Source: Paramecium tetraurelia (Eukaryota). From it: DNA of 64,000 bases. Within the stretch, counting starts at the first letter, position 1, and the number at the start of each line of letters is the position of its first letter. Position numbers and translations under genes: made by a program. The stretch spans positions 186,001 through 250,000 of the forward strand of contig CT868009.1 of the NCBI GenBank assembly GCA_000165425.1, read 5' to 3'. Of the stretch, positions 1 to 13,475 are shown one piece after another. The notes under the pieces are model-generated. The model ran no database searches and was not told where the DNA came from. It saw only the letters and a program-made list of their open reading frames with translations.

Positions 1-1
1 A

Positions 2-836
2 GAGCCATACTCCTTTGCTGAAGCCTATGTGAAGGATGCTTCAGTTGCAGCTTTTAAGAATAGATATTCTCTCCTTAAATGGATGTACTCACTCTTTGTC
101 AACTCATTTGAACCAGATCTAGGAGCAGGAACAGGTACTATCATATAACCCATTTGGTGGAATAACCCAGACGATGAATTTGCATATTAATTTGAAGATT
201 CCGAATTCCTTTTTGGTAACACCTTTTTGGTTGCTCCAGTTTTGAGTAGAAGTTCGGATTTTGCCTCCTAAAAGACAACCATTAAAGTGTACTTCCCAAA
301 AGGTTCTTGGATCAATTGCGATGACTTTAAGACAATTTACACTTATAAGGAGAAAACATCACTAGAATTCACAAGGGCTTTCAATCAACAAGCCTTGTCG
401 TTCCAAAAAGAAGGGTAATGAGTATTTCCATATTTTTAGTACTCTCGTATTCAGATAAGATCCAAAATAGAGAGCTAGATTGTTAGATTCCAAGTATAGC
501 ATTTATGCCTTCCTCAACTCTGAAGGAATGGCTGTTGGCCAAATTATGACTCTTTCAAATTTCGATGAAAACGACGATAATAATGTTGCAGCTAAATGTT
601 GGACCAAAGGTTCCAATTGCATTGCTGTCTACACTATTAAGGCACTCGAGGATAACAAATTTTCAATCTCTATTAAAGGATAAGAAGCTTCAACCATCTT
701 TGAGCCAATCATCATTCAAAAGGTTATTATTAATAATAAGGGTGAAAAACTGGAATTCACTATTAATGAGGAAGTGACAAAAGCAGGAGAATTCATTATA
801 CCTTTGACTTCAAATTTGAGAGTATAATAATAATGA
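2..836 (+). CDS. Glycoside hydrolase family 31 (alpha-glucosidase-like), C-terminal part, 5'-truncated by the window
   Basis: Ciliate-code translation EPYSF..NRYSLLKWMYSLF..IQPIWW..DSEFLFGNTFLVAPVL matches the GH31 C-terminal pattern. Intron 415-439; TGA 834-836. Confidence 0.85.
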
Positions 837-958
837 ATTACATATATTTAACTATTAATTGAAATTTCAAGTGTCGATTCTCCCAATTCTATTATCTACC
901 TATTCACTTTCATAACTATTAAAATCAAATTTTCTTGTCAATATTAAATTTAATAGAT

Positions 959-2632
959 ATGATCACAGAACCCAGGGGAAACTATATTGTCAGACTGGAC
1001 AAGATATTGGGGTAAGGATCATTCGGAAAAGTGTTCACTTGTTACAAAAAAGATGATCCAAATGAGGAATTCTGCATGAAAATAATTAAAAAATAAGACA
1101 TATGTGATTCAGATTAGGATTTCAAAAAGAAGCAACTGGAGGCAGAAATGAAAGTAATTAAAGAGCTCAAAAATACAGACAGTGAAAATTTAGTTAAATT
1201 GATTGAGGTGATTGATTCACCTTAAGAATTGTGCATAGTTATGGAATTATGCGAATGTGATCTGTCCATAGAGTATCACAATTTAAAATAAAAAAAATCA
1301 TGGTTCTCAAGATTGGAATAAATCGATATAATAAAATAAATACTTAAAGGAGCCAAAGTCTTAATTGAGAATAAATTCGTTCACAGAGATATCAAACCAT
1401 AGAACATATTGGTGAAAATTGTTAATAAAGGGAAAATAAATTAAAGAAAAATCTATAAAGTGAATTTTATCTCTTATTATTGCTTAGTTAGCTGATTTTG
1501 GTTTCGCTAAAGCTTTAGATGACATTTACAAAAAAGCTGCGTTGACTAGAGTTGGCACCTTCGTCTATTGCGCTCCTGAAATCATAAAAGGTCTGAATTT
1601 TTCTGCTAAATGCGATATCTTCTCCTATGGAGTTGTTTTTCATCAAATTGTTTATGAAGGATAATTTCCAGACAACTATTCAACTTAATATTAAATGTAG
1701 GAATTTATTAATAAAATCGAAAAGCATCCTTACTAATGCAATAAATTGAAAGGGGAATATGGTGATATGCTCAAAGATCTAATTTAAAGGATGTTACTTT
1801 ACAATCAAGATGCTCGAATTTCATTTGAAAGCTTGCTTTCTCATGAAATTGTAACATTGAATATACCTATGATCCAGGATTCTCTATTTATAAAAATGGA
1901 TACACCATTTAATAAGGATTAGATACAATAATAACAGATTGAAAACTAACAATCTAAATATTCCAAAATACAATCACTTATTGATATTTTTTACAGAAAA
2001 TCCTTACTTTGCTTATCTGTAATAAATTATATGAAGGAATAAATAATTATTCCCTTCATCGAACTCTCAATTGTTTAGCAATTGATTTAAATTATTGGCT
2101 TAGAGGAAATTAGATTTGCCTTTGCATTGCTTCACCTTATAGTTTCTGACCTTTAATCCTTCATCAAAAATTAACATGATGTTCCCTTTTTAATGAATAT
2201 TTTACAAAACTACCTTGAAGATTCTAAAAACGATTGGGTGCGATAAAAACTTCACAAAGAAGTTAGAAAATAATTTCACAGCCAATTGAGACAGTCTTAA
2301 GATGATTTCAATAATTTTATTCGTAAGAAGCAATCCACACCCATTAACAATTAACCCAAAAAAATCATACAGTTTTTAGAAGAATCATAATAATAAAAAG
2401 TTTCAATACCTTAGTGTTGTTAGCTGTTGGAGGAATGGCTAAGTAATAATATAGTTAATTAACAAATTAGCAAATTCGAATCGTAATACTATATAATTAT
2501 ATTAATTCTAGGAGGATTCAGCAATAGATTGAAAAAATCAAGAAAATTGAGACTAAATTTGAAATTTCCAACTATTTTTTTATTAATCCAAATGAAATTT
2601 TTGAAATCAGAAATTATTAAAGTGGTATTTGA
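959..2632 (+). CDS. Ser/Thr protein kinase (ULK/ATG1-like) with helical C-terminal domain
   Basis: Motifs LGQGSFGKV, FCMK, HRDIKPQN, ADFGFAK and CAPE. Introns near 1460-1487 and 2483-2511; TGA 2630-2632. Confidence 0.9.
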
Positions 2633-3072
2633 TAGATCAAAATTATGTTAATATAAATTTTTTAATAATCAAGATTTCATTATCATAAACCATAATATAC
2701 TTTAATATAAACTAGATTATCAACTTTTTTATAAAGAAATTAATTAATACATTATATGATCATATTTTGGAAATCTAAAATTCGTGATAATTCAGACGGA
2801 AAGAAGTAGTTTCAACATTTGAACACTCTCCAATACATGAATGAATTTTCAGAAAAACAAGAAACTCAATTCCAAGTAAATAAACTATATATATTATTTA
2901 TATTCTACTTTTAGAACAATAGTGAAAATTAAACAAAATGTATAGACACTTTCAAAAGTTGGAAGGTCTTAGACTTATATAACAAATTAATATAAATTTA
3001 AGCTCAATAGTGCAGAAAATCTTCTAATTTTATTTACATAAAATATTAATATCATTGTATAATAAAAATTTC

Positions 3073-4709
3073 ATGCAAGAATAAAAAATGCAAGGCAGAG
3101 AAATAAAAGGAGACTATATTATTATTACTGATGATTTAGTAGGAAGGGGGTCATATGGATAAGTTTTCAAATGTTATAAAAAAAATAATTAGAATGAATT
3201 ATATTGTATGAAGATTCTAAAGAAAACTAGCAATGCTAGAGACTCAGCAACAAAAAATATAGTAGATGCTGAATTAAAAATACTTTCTATGTTAAAGAAT
3301 ACTCCATCTGAAAATTTGGTTAAATTAGTTGATTATGTAAAAAATGACGAAGAATTATGCTTGGTCATGGAATTATGCGATTGTGATCTCAGCTAACTAT
3401 TCTTAAATTTTAAAAAGTCGAACTAATGGTTTAAAAGAGAAGAGCAATTTCAAATGATTAGATAAATCCTTAAAGGAGCTTAATTATTGAAGGAAAACAA
3501 TATTGTCCACAGAGATATTAAGCCTTAAAACATACTTGTAAAGATTTACAATCTCAACCAAGAAGAGCAGATGAAAATTTTGAAAGTTAATTTATTCATG
3601 AAATATTTTAGATTGCTGATTTTGGGTTCTCCAAAACATTGATCAATATTTACTAGTAATAAGACATGACTAGAGCTGGCACTACCTGTTTCATGGCACC
3701 TGAAATTTATAATAAAGAATAATCTAGTGCGAAGTGTGATATTTATTCTCTTGCAATTCTATTTCATCAAATTGTGTTTGAAATGAGATTCCCTGGGAAT
3801 TATCAAGGTAGGGATTAAGTACCATAATTTTATGAGTAAATTAAATAGACGCCATATAAATGTTAATAACTACCAGATCAAGACGGGTAATTGTTAGCAG
3901 CTTTAATAGAGAAAATGATGCTCTTTGATTAGAATAAGCGAATTTCATTTGAAGATTTACTGGAATATGATATAATATTATTAAAGGATCCACTATTTAG
4001 AACTATGTCATAAATAAAAAAATTGAGAATAAATGATGAAGATTAGAATCAATCTATTTTTCAAGGAATCTATACAATTTTAGATAATTTATATAGAAAA
4101 AGTTTACTATGCAAAAACATAGCCGATTAGGTCAAAAATGCTAATTCCAAAAACAATGCTCATCTGATGAAGATGTAATTCACTATTACCTAGATTGGCT
4201 ATGAGGAAATTAAAATTGGATTTGCGATGATACATAGGATTAGTTCAGATCTAATACCAAAACTTCTTCAACTTTGCGATGTCCAGCATTTTATAAGTTT
4301 GTTGAATTTGTATATAGAGTAATCAAGTTCTAAAGAAGAAGAACTTCATTAGAAAATAAAAAGGGAATTCTATAGTTAACACAAAAAACTTATCGAAGAT
4401 AGTAATGTGATAAAATAAAACATGTTCTAGCTTTAAGAATCATAAATCATTCCATAGGGCATAGATGATGATTTGTTCTCTCTAGATAGTCTATCTAAAA
4501 AATACGAATTAAAAAGTCTCTGCATTTATTTATAGAACTTGATTGATATTTACGAGCAGGACTAGCCTTTAAATGAAAAAGACAAGTAAATAATAAACTA
4601 TTGAATTAGTGAACTTCTCAAAAAAATCAAGGTGATTACAACAATAGAAAGTAGATTCGATTTTTTTGAGTATAAACTTTATAAATCGGACTAAATACTC
4701 AAATTGTGA
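3073..4709 (+). CDS. Ser/Thr protein kinase (ULK/ATG1-like), tandem paralog of the previous gene
   Basis: Motifs VGRGSYGQV, YCMK, HRDIKPQN, ADFGFSK and MAPE. Introns near 3587-3612 and 4586-4609; TGA 4707-4709. Alternative ATG at 3088. Confidence 0.9.
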
Positions 4710-4730
4710 TTTATTTTTATATGTATTATT

Positions 4731-5704
4731 TCACAATAATTCAGGTTTAAAACAACCATTTTTATTGATTATATCATTAACCTCGTCTATTGCCTTTGAA
4801 GGATTTCCCTGATCCACATAATCAGCCAGAATAAAGTTAGGCATTTTGTTGCAATGAGTGTTGAATTGTTTAAATCTTTTTTTGACATGACTATAGTCAT
4901 TATACTTGTCTGTTACGAAAGGAAGTTTTTATTTGAGTTTTTACTTTAAAGCATTTTCTGCATATAAATGGATTTCTAAAAAAGGGTTCCAAGTCTTACC
5001 GTTTAGCAAATCCCCGTTTTTTACATCCTCCAAAGGATCTAAATTATAATTTACTTGACAACTAACATCATATGAATAATGCGTATATTTAAGTAAGTAA
5101 TCCCCAATCTATCCCCTGGGCTCAATAGTAATCAAGATATTCTTTTGATTTTCTCTACACCATCCTAATGTTGGTGGATTATTGTCTTAAAATGTTATAG
5201 CTCTTTAAGGAGCATTAAGTTCGACCAGCAAATTATGCAACTTTAAATCATCATCACTTTCATTCTATCCTAGTGTTCCATTTTCCTTAGTGTGTTCTGT
5301 TAATTTGCTCTCAATTTTGACAATCATGATTTCATTAGGATACTTATATGCCAAATTAAATAATTCTTTGAGACGATGACTAGCTGATTCTGGATCAGTA
5401 AATAGTCTTTATAAGACACTTAATTTACAATTTGATCCTCCATCTCCTTCATGTGCAATGACGATCTAAAATACTAAATAAAAATTACTTAAGGGACTCC
5501 CTTTTCAACATGCCAATGTAATGGGAATTTGAAATGCCTAGCACCATGCTTTTCAAACTACTCTGTTATAGAGACATTTTGTTGTGTATATTTCCATCCA
5601 TAACATTTTGACATAGGCGAATTGTGAGCACCAAGATAGGCAATTTCATTTAAATGTAAATTAGGTGAGAGATGACCATTTCCTCCAGGTAATTTGGCTT
5701 ACAT
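4731..5704 (-). CDS. PI-PLC X-domain (PLC-like phosphodiesterase) protein
   Basis: MQAKL..LNEIAYLGAHNS..QNVSITEQFEKHGARHF..IAHE..AYKYPNEIMIVKIE..KMPNFILADYVDQG; one tiny intron near 5467-5488. Confidence 0.8.
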
Positions 5705-5734
5705 TGATAGAATTTTAAATAATTATAATGTTAA

Positions 5735-6351
5735 TCATTTTTTTTTCTTTTTGGATACAGTGGCAGTAGATCTGCCGGTAGTCTAACTTTAAGGTCTTAG
5801 ATTGGAGGTACTAGAGGAAGCATTCTTCTTCTTTTTCTTTTTTGCAGGTGGGGCAGTAGATTTAGGTGTTTGAGCAATTATCTGGAGTTGTTCATCAAAA
5901 TGCTTCTTGAGTTTTTCAATGGCTTCATTTGATTGGATGGTGAGTTTTTCTTAGAATTGCTTTTGTTCTTACAGCAATCTATCTTCAACTGATTCTTAGA
6001 GTTCTTATTCCAACTATTGAATTGCTGATTATGTTAGTTATTTTTATTCTTTTAATTCAGATTCCAATAATTTTTCCCTTTCTTTCATCTCCTCAATATC
6101 CAAGAGCAATTCGCTGATGATTTTTTTCTAAGTTATTACTTCTAATAAATTACACTTTCTTGATTTTCAATTTTTAATGCTTTGATTACCTCTTGGGATT
6201 CAAGGAGATTATTTTTATATTTGACAGCTTTGATTCGATATTTCGATTAGGTATTGACATCTTCATCTTCTGATGTCTACTGATAATCCAGTAGTGCTTT
6301 AGCATGTTTTTCTAAATAGATTCCATTGTCTTTAAAGGGTTTTTTTCTCAT
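5735..6351 (-). CDS. Hypothetical coiled-coil protein with Lys-rich C-terminus
   Basis: Starts MRKKPFKDNGIYLEKHAKALLDYQQ; Q/E/K-rich; ends VSKKKKK-TGA; probable intron near 6128-6154. Confidence 0.65.
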
Positions 6352-6477
6352 TAATAATTTTAATTGGAAACAGCAAATTACATCAAAGTAACATGTTATA
6401 ATAAAATATTAAGAAAAAGAAAAGTACTTCTCTATTTTTAGACATTGTAAGAAGAAATATAATTAAACTTAATTTTG

Positions 6478-7978
6478 TCAAATGAATTCATTGTGTGTTT
6501 ATTTTGGTTTTTTGTTTTTGATAACACAATAAGCAACCAAAGCAATTATAAGCAAGACTCCAACACCAACGAGTATCCATACCCAAATAGGAATGGATTC
6601 CTTGTCTTTGTCATCGTCATCATCTGGGATTACATTAGTTTTCACAATCCACACGTAATCTACAACTGAATCATTTGCACTCATTCTGTGTTCGAAATAT
6701 AAATGAGTTTTGTTCTTAATCTCTAAAATACCTATTCCATCACCAGCAGCCTAAAATTTTGTATAGAACTTGGGTGGGTCTAAATTAAGATAAATTAATA
6801 CAAATATCTTCAGGCATTATTTCATCATTCCCAGCAGCTCCTTCTACAATATATATGGGTGCTTTTGGGTTTGTATAGGTGTTGTTTTCATATTTATCGA
6901 ATTAAGCAACCTTATTGTAAGCCAATGGTTCATCTCTTTCATAAGTGTGTTGATGTCCAGCTAAACATAAATCTACACGATATTTAATAAAGAGATCTTC
7001 GAATAATTACATCTTCTTATAGTGATCCTCACAGAATCCATCATCGGGATTGCTACAATAAAATGGATAATGGTTGTAAACAATTAGCCAAGATGTATTC
7101 TCATGTGACCTTATTCTGCTTAATTCTTGTTCCATTTGATATAAGGTGTAAATGAAATATGTCTTATCCTTATTCCCATAGGCGATTTTGTAAGGGTGGA
7201 ATTATACAAAGTAAGCATGTCCAACTTGAAATGAGTAAAAGTCGTTGTATTTAATGGGATTATCATACTCGGATATTCTTGGAGTAGCAAAGGACTTTCT
7301 GATATAAACAAATTCATCATTGTGACCTGAATCGTGATTCCCGAGTGTCAACATGAATGGAAAGTGAGATGTAAACAAACTTATATTTCTGAGGAAGTTG
7401 TCTCCCACCATACAATTGTCATCTTCTAAATCATATGCCATATCTCCTAAGTAAATGATACCGTCATAATGTGTTGTTTTTTTAATTTAATTTGAAAACC
7501 AATCAAAAGTTTATTTGGAAGTATTTAATTTCCAATTCGAATCCATATCTCCCATGACAATAAATTTACTTGAGTAATTTAGGGACTTAGATGGAACATT
7601 AAAGTAGAATGGACCTGCCATTGGTGTATTCTCCCAATAGATCATAAAAGTGTATTAGTTTCCTTCGATTAAACTGTCGAATTAACCAATCTTTACGTCA
7701 TACACATACGTTTCGTAATTAATCACATTTTCTGAGTCTTTGTATACGTCTGTCATGTTGAGCAATGAGAAATTGTTCACTTAGATATTGTTTATGCTTG
7801 TCGTAGTGATGATCTGAACCACGTAGTCTAAACACAGATTTTAGGAATTGAAGGTGAGGGTGATGTAGTTATTGATGTCGTTGAGAGCTGAATAGTAATG
7901 TCCCAAAGATAATCTGACTCCGTAGGGTATACAATCACTCTTAGCGAGTGTGAGGAGTGATATTATAAACAAAATCAT
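6478..7978 (-). CDS. Purple acid phosphatase (ACP7-like), signal peptide and C-terminal TM helix
   Basis: Metal-binding motifs GDMD, GDMAY, GNHD, NHYPFY and LAGHQHTYER. N-terminal MILFIISLLTLAKS; TM segment IWVWILVGVGVLLIIALVAYCVI. Confidence 0.9.
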
Positions 7979-8176
7979 ATAAATTTAATTTACAAATTCG
8001 ATGTTTAAGGATCAGTAGTATTAATTAGGAAGTATTAAAGATGCAGAGGATGCATGTGCATTATTTTAGGGGTTGTTTGCAATGTCAATGAAAATGCACT
8101 TGTAAATAGTAATAATAATTAAGAATTATTTATATTTTATTGTTTGTGATTTGGAAAAATGTGATGCTCATTTGCT

Positions 8177-8671
8177 TCATTTTTATTGTGACTTCAACTA
8201 CTCGAAAGTTTAAACTGGAATTAGTATAAACTTCTGGTTTCCAATTTGAAATTGGTTGTAACCCAATTTAACACTGTTTTTGCAATCATCGCATTTACAC
8301 AATTCTGAGCATTTCACCCCTGCATTATAACATTCACAATATTTTTTTTAACAATTACTTTTACGACAATTACATTTCAGCTAAGCAGAAGAATTCTTCT
8401 CAACCATTTGTTCAAGTACTTTACTTCTTTATTCGGGGTGTTTATCATCATTGTGACAATTTTAACATGAACACTCGCTTCCACAATACTCGCCAAAAGC
8501 CAAACAATCGCAATACATTTTCAGACATTAACTTTTTTTGCAGGTGCATTATCTCTATTTCTATTGGAATGGTTTTTTAATTGTTGTTTCAGTTATAACT
8601 CTTTTTTGCTATCTAGTCGGAGTCTGGAACTAGTCATCTTTAAATATAGTGTCACAATGATTTGGTTTCAT
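8177..8671 (-). CDS. Tesmin/TSO1/LIN54-like CRC (CXC) domain protein
   Basis: Two CXC repeats: [33 protein letters not shown] and [33 protein letters not shown]. Intronless, 164 aa. Confidence 0.92.
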
Positions 8672-8790
8672 ATATTAAATTTATTTATCAAAATGTAACA
8701 CTCAGAATCCAGAAATTATTAAATATTTTACACTCTTCAGACCCAAAACAACACAAATTGCATTATGATTAAACATTACAACATAATCAC

Positions 8791-9520
8791 TCAACCCTTG
8801 GACACAAAACTATTGTTTTTAACGTAAAATCTCCAAGGCTTATCCTTCCATTCCTCTGCATAATCAATATTGATCCTGGCTGAAACACCAATCTCGTATT
8901 ATTTCTTATTGTCTATCAAATACATCCCACTTTTCTGATCGCACAAATTCAACCCATTATGAGACTTATCCAAGAGCAAACACCCTCCGCATTTCCCAGG
9001 GCCATTCGAAAGATCCTGCACCTTCGTCGACTTAGTCTTGCGTATCTCCTTTATGATATCAAAACTTAAGGGTTAAACTGCCCTTATCAATACAGCCTCT
9101 GGATCATCCTTGGTTGCTGCCGTAATATTTAAACAGTAATTATTTCCGTATATCGAATAGACATACAAATGACCTCCATCTTGCCAAAAGTATTTTGTCC
9201 TGTCTGTTTTTTTGTTGTTGTAAGCATGACATGCCTTGTCCTCAGGAGCTAACAATTTCGATCGTCGATGTACCTTTATAGGCTTCTGTCTCCACTATTA
9301 TTGCTCTGACCTCCCCTTATGGCAATTGTCTGACTATTATCTTGCCAATCAATTTCTGGGCTAATTCAACTACACCAGCCTTGTAGAAATCTGCAGTCAG
9401 CATTGTTTCGACCACTTCGTATTCCTCAGCTGGATTGGCTTCGTTTTTTTTAATTTTCTTGGCCACAGGCTTTTCTTACTAATCCAAATTGTCTTTCTGT
9501 TTAATTTCTTTTTATTTCAT
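8791..9520 (-). CDS. MPG: DNA-3-methyladenine glycosylase (MPG/AAG)
   Basis: [49 protein letters not shown] and PWRFY; intron near 9249-9273. Confidence 0.93.
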
Positions 9521-9669
9521 TTTTAATTTTCTTACTAATAATTGACTAATCCCACATTTATAATGGTGTATCTTTGATTATTCGCTTTGTTATGCATTAG
9601 AATTCAGTTTAATTATAAAAATCCATTCCATCCAAGAGTTTTTCGTAATTAACTAAAATAATTTCTTAA

Positions 9670-11257
9670 ATGAAAATTCCATCAGAAATCCCTTAGGAAA
9701 AAGATACTGCCGAACGTAATTCTTGGGGAAACTCCAATTCTTAAGGAGATCAGGATTCAGCCTCTTAGAAAGATGAACTAAATAAGAGTATAGAGTTGGG
9801 ACGCAAAAAGCGGTAGTAACTTGTATTAGAGAATCCTGAATTTCAAATAAAATAGGAAATTGAAGATGAGAAACAAAACATCAAAGTTGAAACACTCATT
9901 CGAAGAGATGTGGCTAGTGCTATCAACATCAAAGATCTACGTAGTTTATTAATTCATTAATAGTGAAATTGAAGATTTCTTCAAAGGACATAAAAAATCC
10001 AATACACAGTCTATTTCGTTGGATTCTTCTCATTTTCTACAAAGCCAACCCTGAGTTGTATAATTGGCCTGAATTCAAGGTAAGAAGTGATTCTAATAAT
10101 GAGGACTAAATACTTGATAAGAATCACGGGTAAGATCTGGTGAATCGACTGGGGTACCAAAGTGTTGTGCATATCACTCAGTTGGAAGGGGAGAAGACTA
10201 AATTCTTACTGAACTTGAAATAAAAAATATTAGAGGAAAATAGTTAGCCTGAAGCAGCTAAGAACGCTCTGATTAAAATATTCGATATCGTTGAGATAGT
10301 GTATAAAACGCACGAACATGCAAAAGGCATCAATCATCTTGTTGATGAATTAATTAAGGTAAATCAGAATAGTATTATTAATTACAATAGCAAGAAGATA
10401 ACATCAACAACTACAAAGAGGAAATCAAGAAAGTGAATCATCAAATTCAAGAGGCCAAGTCAAGTCTGAAAAGTTTGGAAAGCAAATCTTAGAATGATGA
10501 GAACTTATCTTAGAACGATGAAATTGTATAAGAATGATGTTATATAATTAAAATCGTTAAATTTTTTATGATAGACTATAAAATAAAGAACTTGGAGGAG
10601 AGGATTTAGATCCAAGAACAAAATGTGGAACGCAAGATCTTCAAATTGGAGGAGAGATTAAAGTAAATCAACCAGAAGTTTGACAGAATAGAATCATTGG
10701 GTGACAGGTTGGAATCCCTTAACAATCTATTTGATTAGTTAAAGTCTAATTTCGATGCTAAGTTACAAGTTTTTGATGACAAGATATCTCATTTGGCAGG
10801 AAAGATTGGGAAACTTAAAATCGACAATACTTAACAACTTTATCAAATAATTAAAAAGTCATTCGAAGAAGCCAACTAGGATCTTTCCAAGATCAAAGTC
10901 CAAGGATATAAAAAATCAGAGGCATAATTGAGACAATCCAACATAATGGATTTATAAAAGAATGACAGATTGCGATCAATAACTTAAGAAAAGAATTAGA
11001 ATGAGGAAGACATTTAAAAGAAACTCAAATCGTAAATGATGGACAAATTCCAATTCACACTTTAGACTAAACAATCAGATGATACATAAATCCTGACGGA
11101 ATCAAACAAAATATCCAATAAGAAACTAGAAACATTGACATTAGAGAGCAGCAGCATACTTGATTAAACACAATCTCACGATCCCCTCAACTCTAAGCTT
11201 AAGCATACAAATAGTACAATTTACATTAGAGAATAATTAAAAAACCTTAGGAAATGA
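9670..11257 (+). CDS. Hypothetical coiled-coil protein
   Basis: Long Q/E/K-rich frame from MKIPSEIPQEKD with several GT..AG mini-introns (about 9941, 10359, 10555); TGA 11255-11257. Confidence 0.65.
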
Positions 11258-11377
11258 ATTAATTTATATAATTATAATATTTATAGTTATAAAAATACTT
11301 AAATCAATGATGGCTCATTAAATTTACATCAAGGATATTTAGCTAATATTATTCGGATCTCAGGTTGTAGGAGAAAT

Positions 11378-12009
11378 ATGGATACTTTGGAATTGACAAG
11401 TGCTTGAAGTATTCTACTAATAAGATTATTTATGCTAATCAGAGTAAAAATTGAGAGATCGAAACTATTAATAACAAGCAATCGAATAATTGGGAACTGA
11501 AGGTTTCATCTCAATCTGTGATCTGATATAAGAGGTTATAACCAAAACAACTTCAGGTTTATCATAGATTACCCCCTTTAAGAGTATTTATCGAAACTAT
11601 AACAATACTAGAAATGATTAAGAATCCCCTTCAATTGGAATCAGAATTAAATTGACTTATAATCCAACAGAAGCTGAGATGAGATAATCAGGACATTAAA
11701 TGAGAGAATAAGATCCTAGGAATCAAAAAAGGAATTAGAATGATTTGTATTAATCTATCAAGAAGTACTCAAGTGAATTATCAACAATTAAATTCAAGGT
11801 ATGATTATTAGAGATTTTGACTAGATTAACAAAGACAATCATTCAAACAAAAATAAACCTATGTAGATTAAGTTCAACAACAACAATAAATATAAGGTGT
11901 TAGAGTTTAGAATAGTGCTGATCAGAGAACATTTGTGTATAATTGTGATTTAGAAAGAGATAATGTAAGTAGATCAAAACTCAAAACAAGAGGGAATACT
12001 AGAAAATGA
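11378..12009 (+). pseudogene. Gene-like coiled-coil/Q-rich sequence with ambiguous or disrupted frame
   Basis: ATG 11378; intron-like segments 11400-11424, 11557-11582 and 11799-11824. The fully spliced frame has 4 internal TGA codons. An alternative model without intron 2 ends at TGA 11802-11804. Confidence 0.4.
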
Positions 12010-12050
12010 TGTTATAAAATAATTTTAAACAAATTAGCTACCTTAAATTA

Positions 12051-13447
12051 ATGTAAAAGTCTCTTATTTCTCCTAACAAATTATTTGAGCATCTTCAAAA
12101 GAGAAGAGATGAGTTGAAACAGGCCAGTCTCAAATCTCCAATAATATCAGCAAATAAGTATCTATCATAAAGTTCTATGGATTAGACACTCAATTCCAAA
12201 TAATAGGAATAGTAAACAATTAATAGATATCAAGAAGACCAGACCTAAAAGTAAGTGTAGATTGTAACAATCTAAGTACTGTTTTGACTCAAAATACACA
12301 TGTGCGTTAGAACAGTAAAATCATAGACTCCAAAGAGAATTCTAGTTACTTATCTACTTGCGCCATGAATCTACTCAAAAAAATTAAATCTGAAAAACTG
12401 GTTAGACCTGCACGTGATCTGGTGTAATACAATAATTCAGATGTCAAAAAATAATACGAGCTTTTGTTAGATTTGGCGAAAAAACCTTTGATTGTTAAAT
12501 TACTAAAATAACCTCGTTCTATTAGTAATCCTGAGATATTAGTACCCTAATATTACATTCAAAAGGCTCATGGAGAATCTCAGGCTGGAATGTTGTATAC
12601 AGGGTAAACCAAAATAAATCAAGACACTTTCAAGTTAGTTCAAAAATTCTGTGGGCAAGAGAATGATTGGTACTTTCAGGTTTCGGATGGCCATGGAACC
12701 TATGGTCATCAAGTTGCATAGTTTATTTATGAAGCTTTGCCACAATTAGTAGAAAAAGAGCTAAAATAACTATAAAATTAATATGAAAAGAATAGATCAA
12801 TACATCAAATTTTGAAATAATGTTTTACAAGGGCTAATTAGGATTTGTTAAAAAGTGGAATTGATGTAACATATTCTGGCTCAACTACTGTTGTTGTAGT
12901 AGCCTTCAACAATGAATTGCATTGTGCCAATATAGGAGATAGCAGAGCCATCATTGGAAGATATGATGGCAAACTCTCTGTAGTTGAACTATCAAAGGAT
13001 CACAAACCTGATTGTTTTTTAGAATAGACTCGTATATTGAGTAGAGGTGGAAGAGTACTTCCTTATAGTGATGAAGAGGGATAAGCAATTGGACCAGCAA
13101 GAGTTTGGGTAATGCATGAGGATGTCCCTGGCTTAGCTATGTCTAGAAGTTTTGGAGATTATGTTGCTAGTTAAGTTGGAGTGATTTGCGAGCCAGAAAT
13201 TCTTAGACACTCCTTATTAGAATCTGATAAGTTTGTCATTATTGCATCTGATGGTATTTGGGAGTATTATTCATATTTAATTAGGTTTTTGTAAAACGAT
13301 TTAGTTGTTCAAATTGTCTATGAATTTTATAAGAAAGGGGATGTGAATGGTGCATGTGTTAGATTAATATAAATTGCAAGAGAAGCCTGGCAAAGAGAAG
13401 ACGAAGTCATAGATGATATTACTCTAATTATAGGGTTTTTTAAATGA
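12051..13447 (+). CDS. Protein phosphatase 2C (PPM family) with low-complexity N-terminus
   Basis: INQD, FQVSDGHG, SGSTT, ANIGDSRAI, SKDHKP, GPARVW, GLAMSRSFGD, ASDGIWE and DDIT. Confidence 0.92.
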
Positions 13448-13475
13448 TGACTTTAGTAATTTGTATAATTAATAC

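Noticed and set aside
11282..11289. TATAGTTA matching the IES end consensus TAYAGYNR
   Set aside because: I found no matching inverted end nearby, and such matches are expected by chance in AT-rich DNA.
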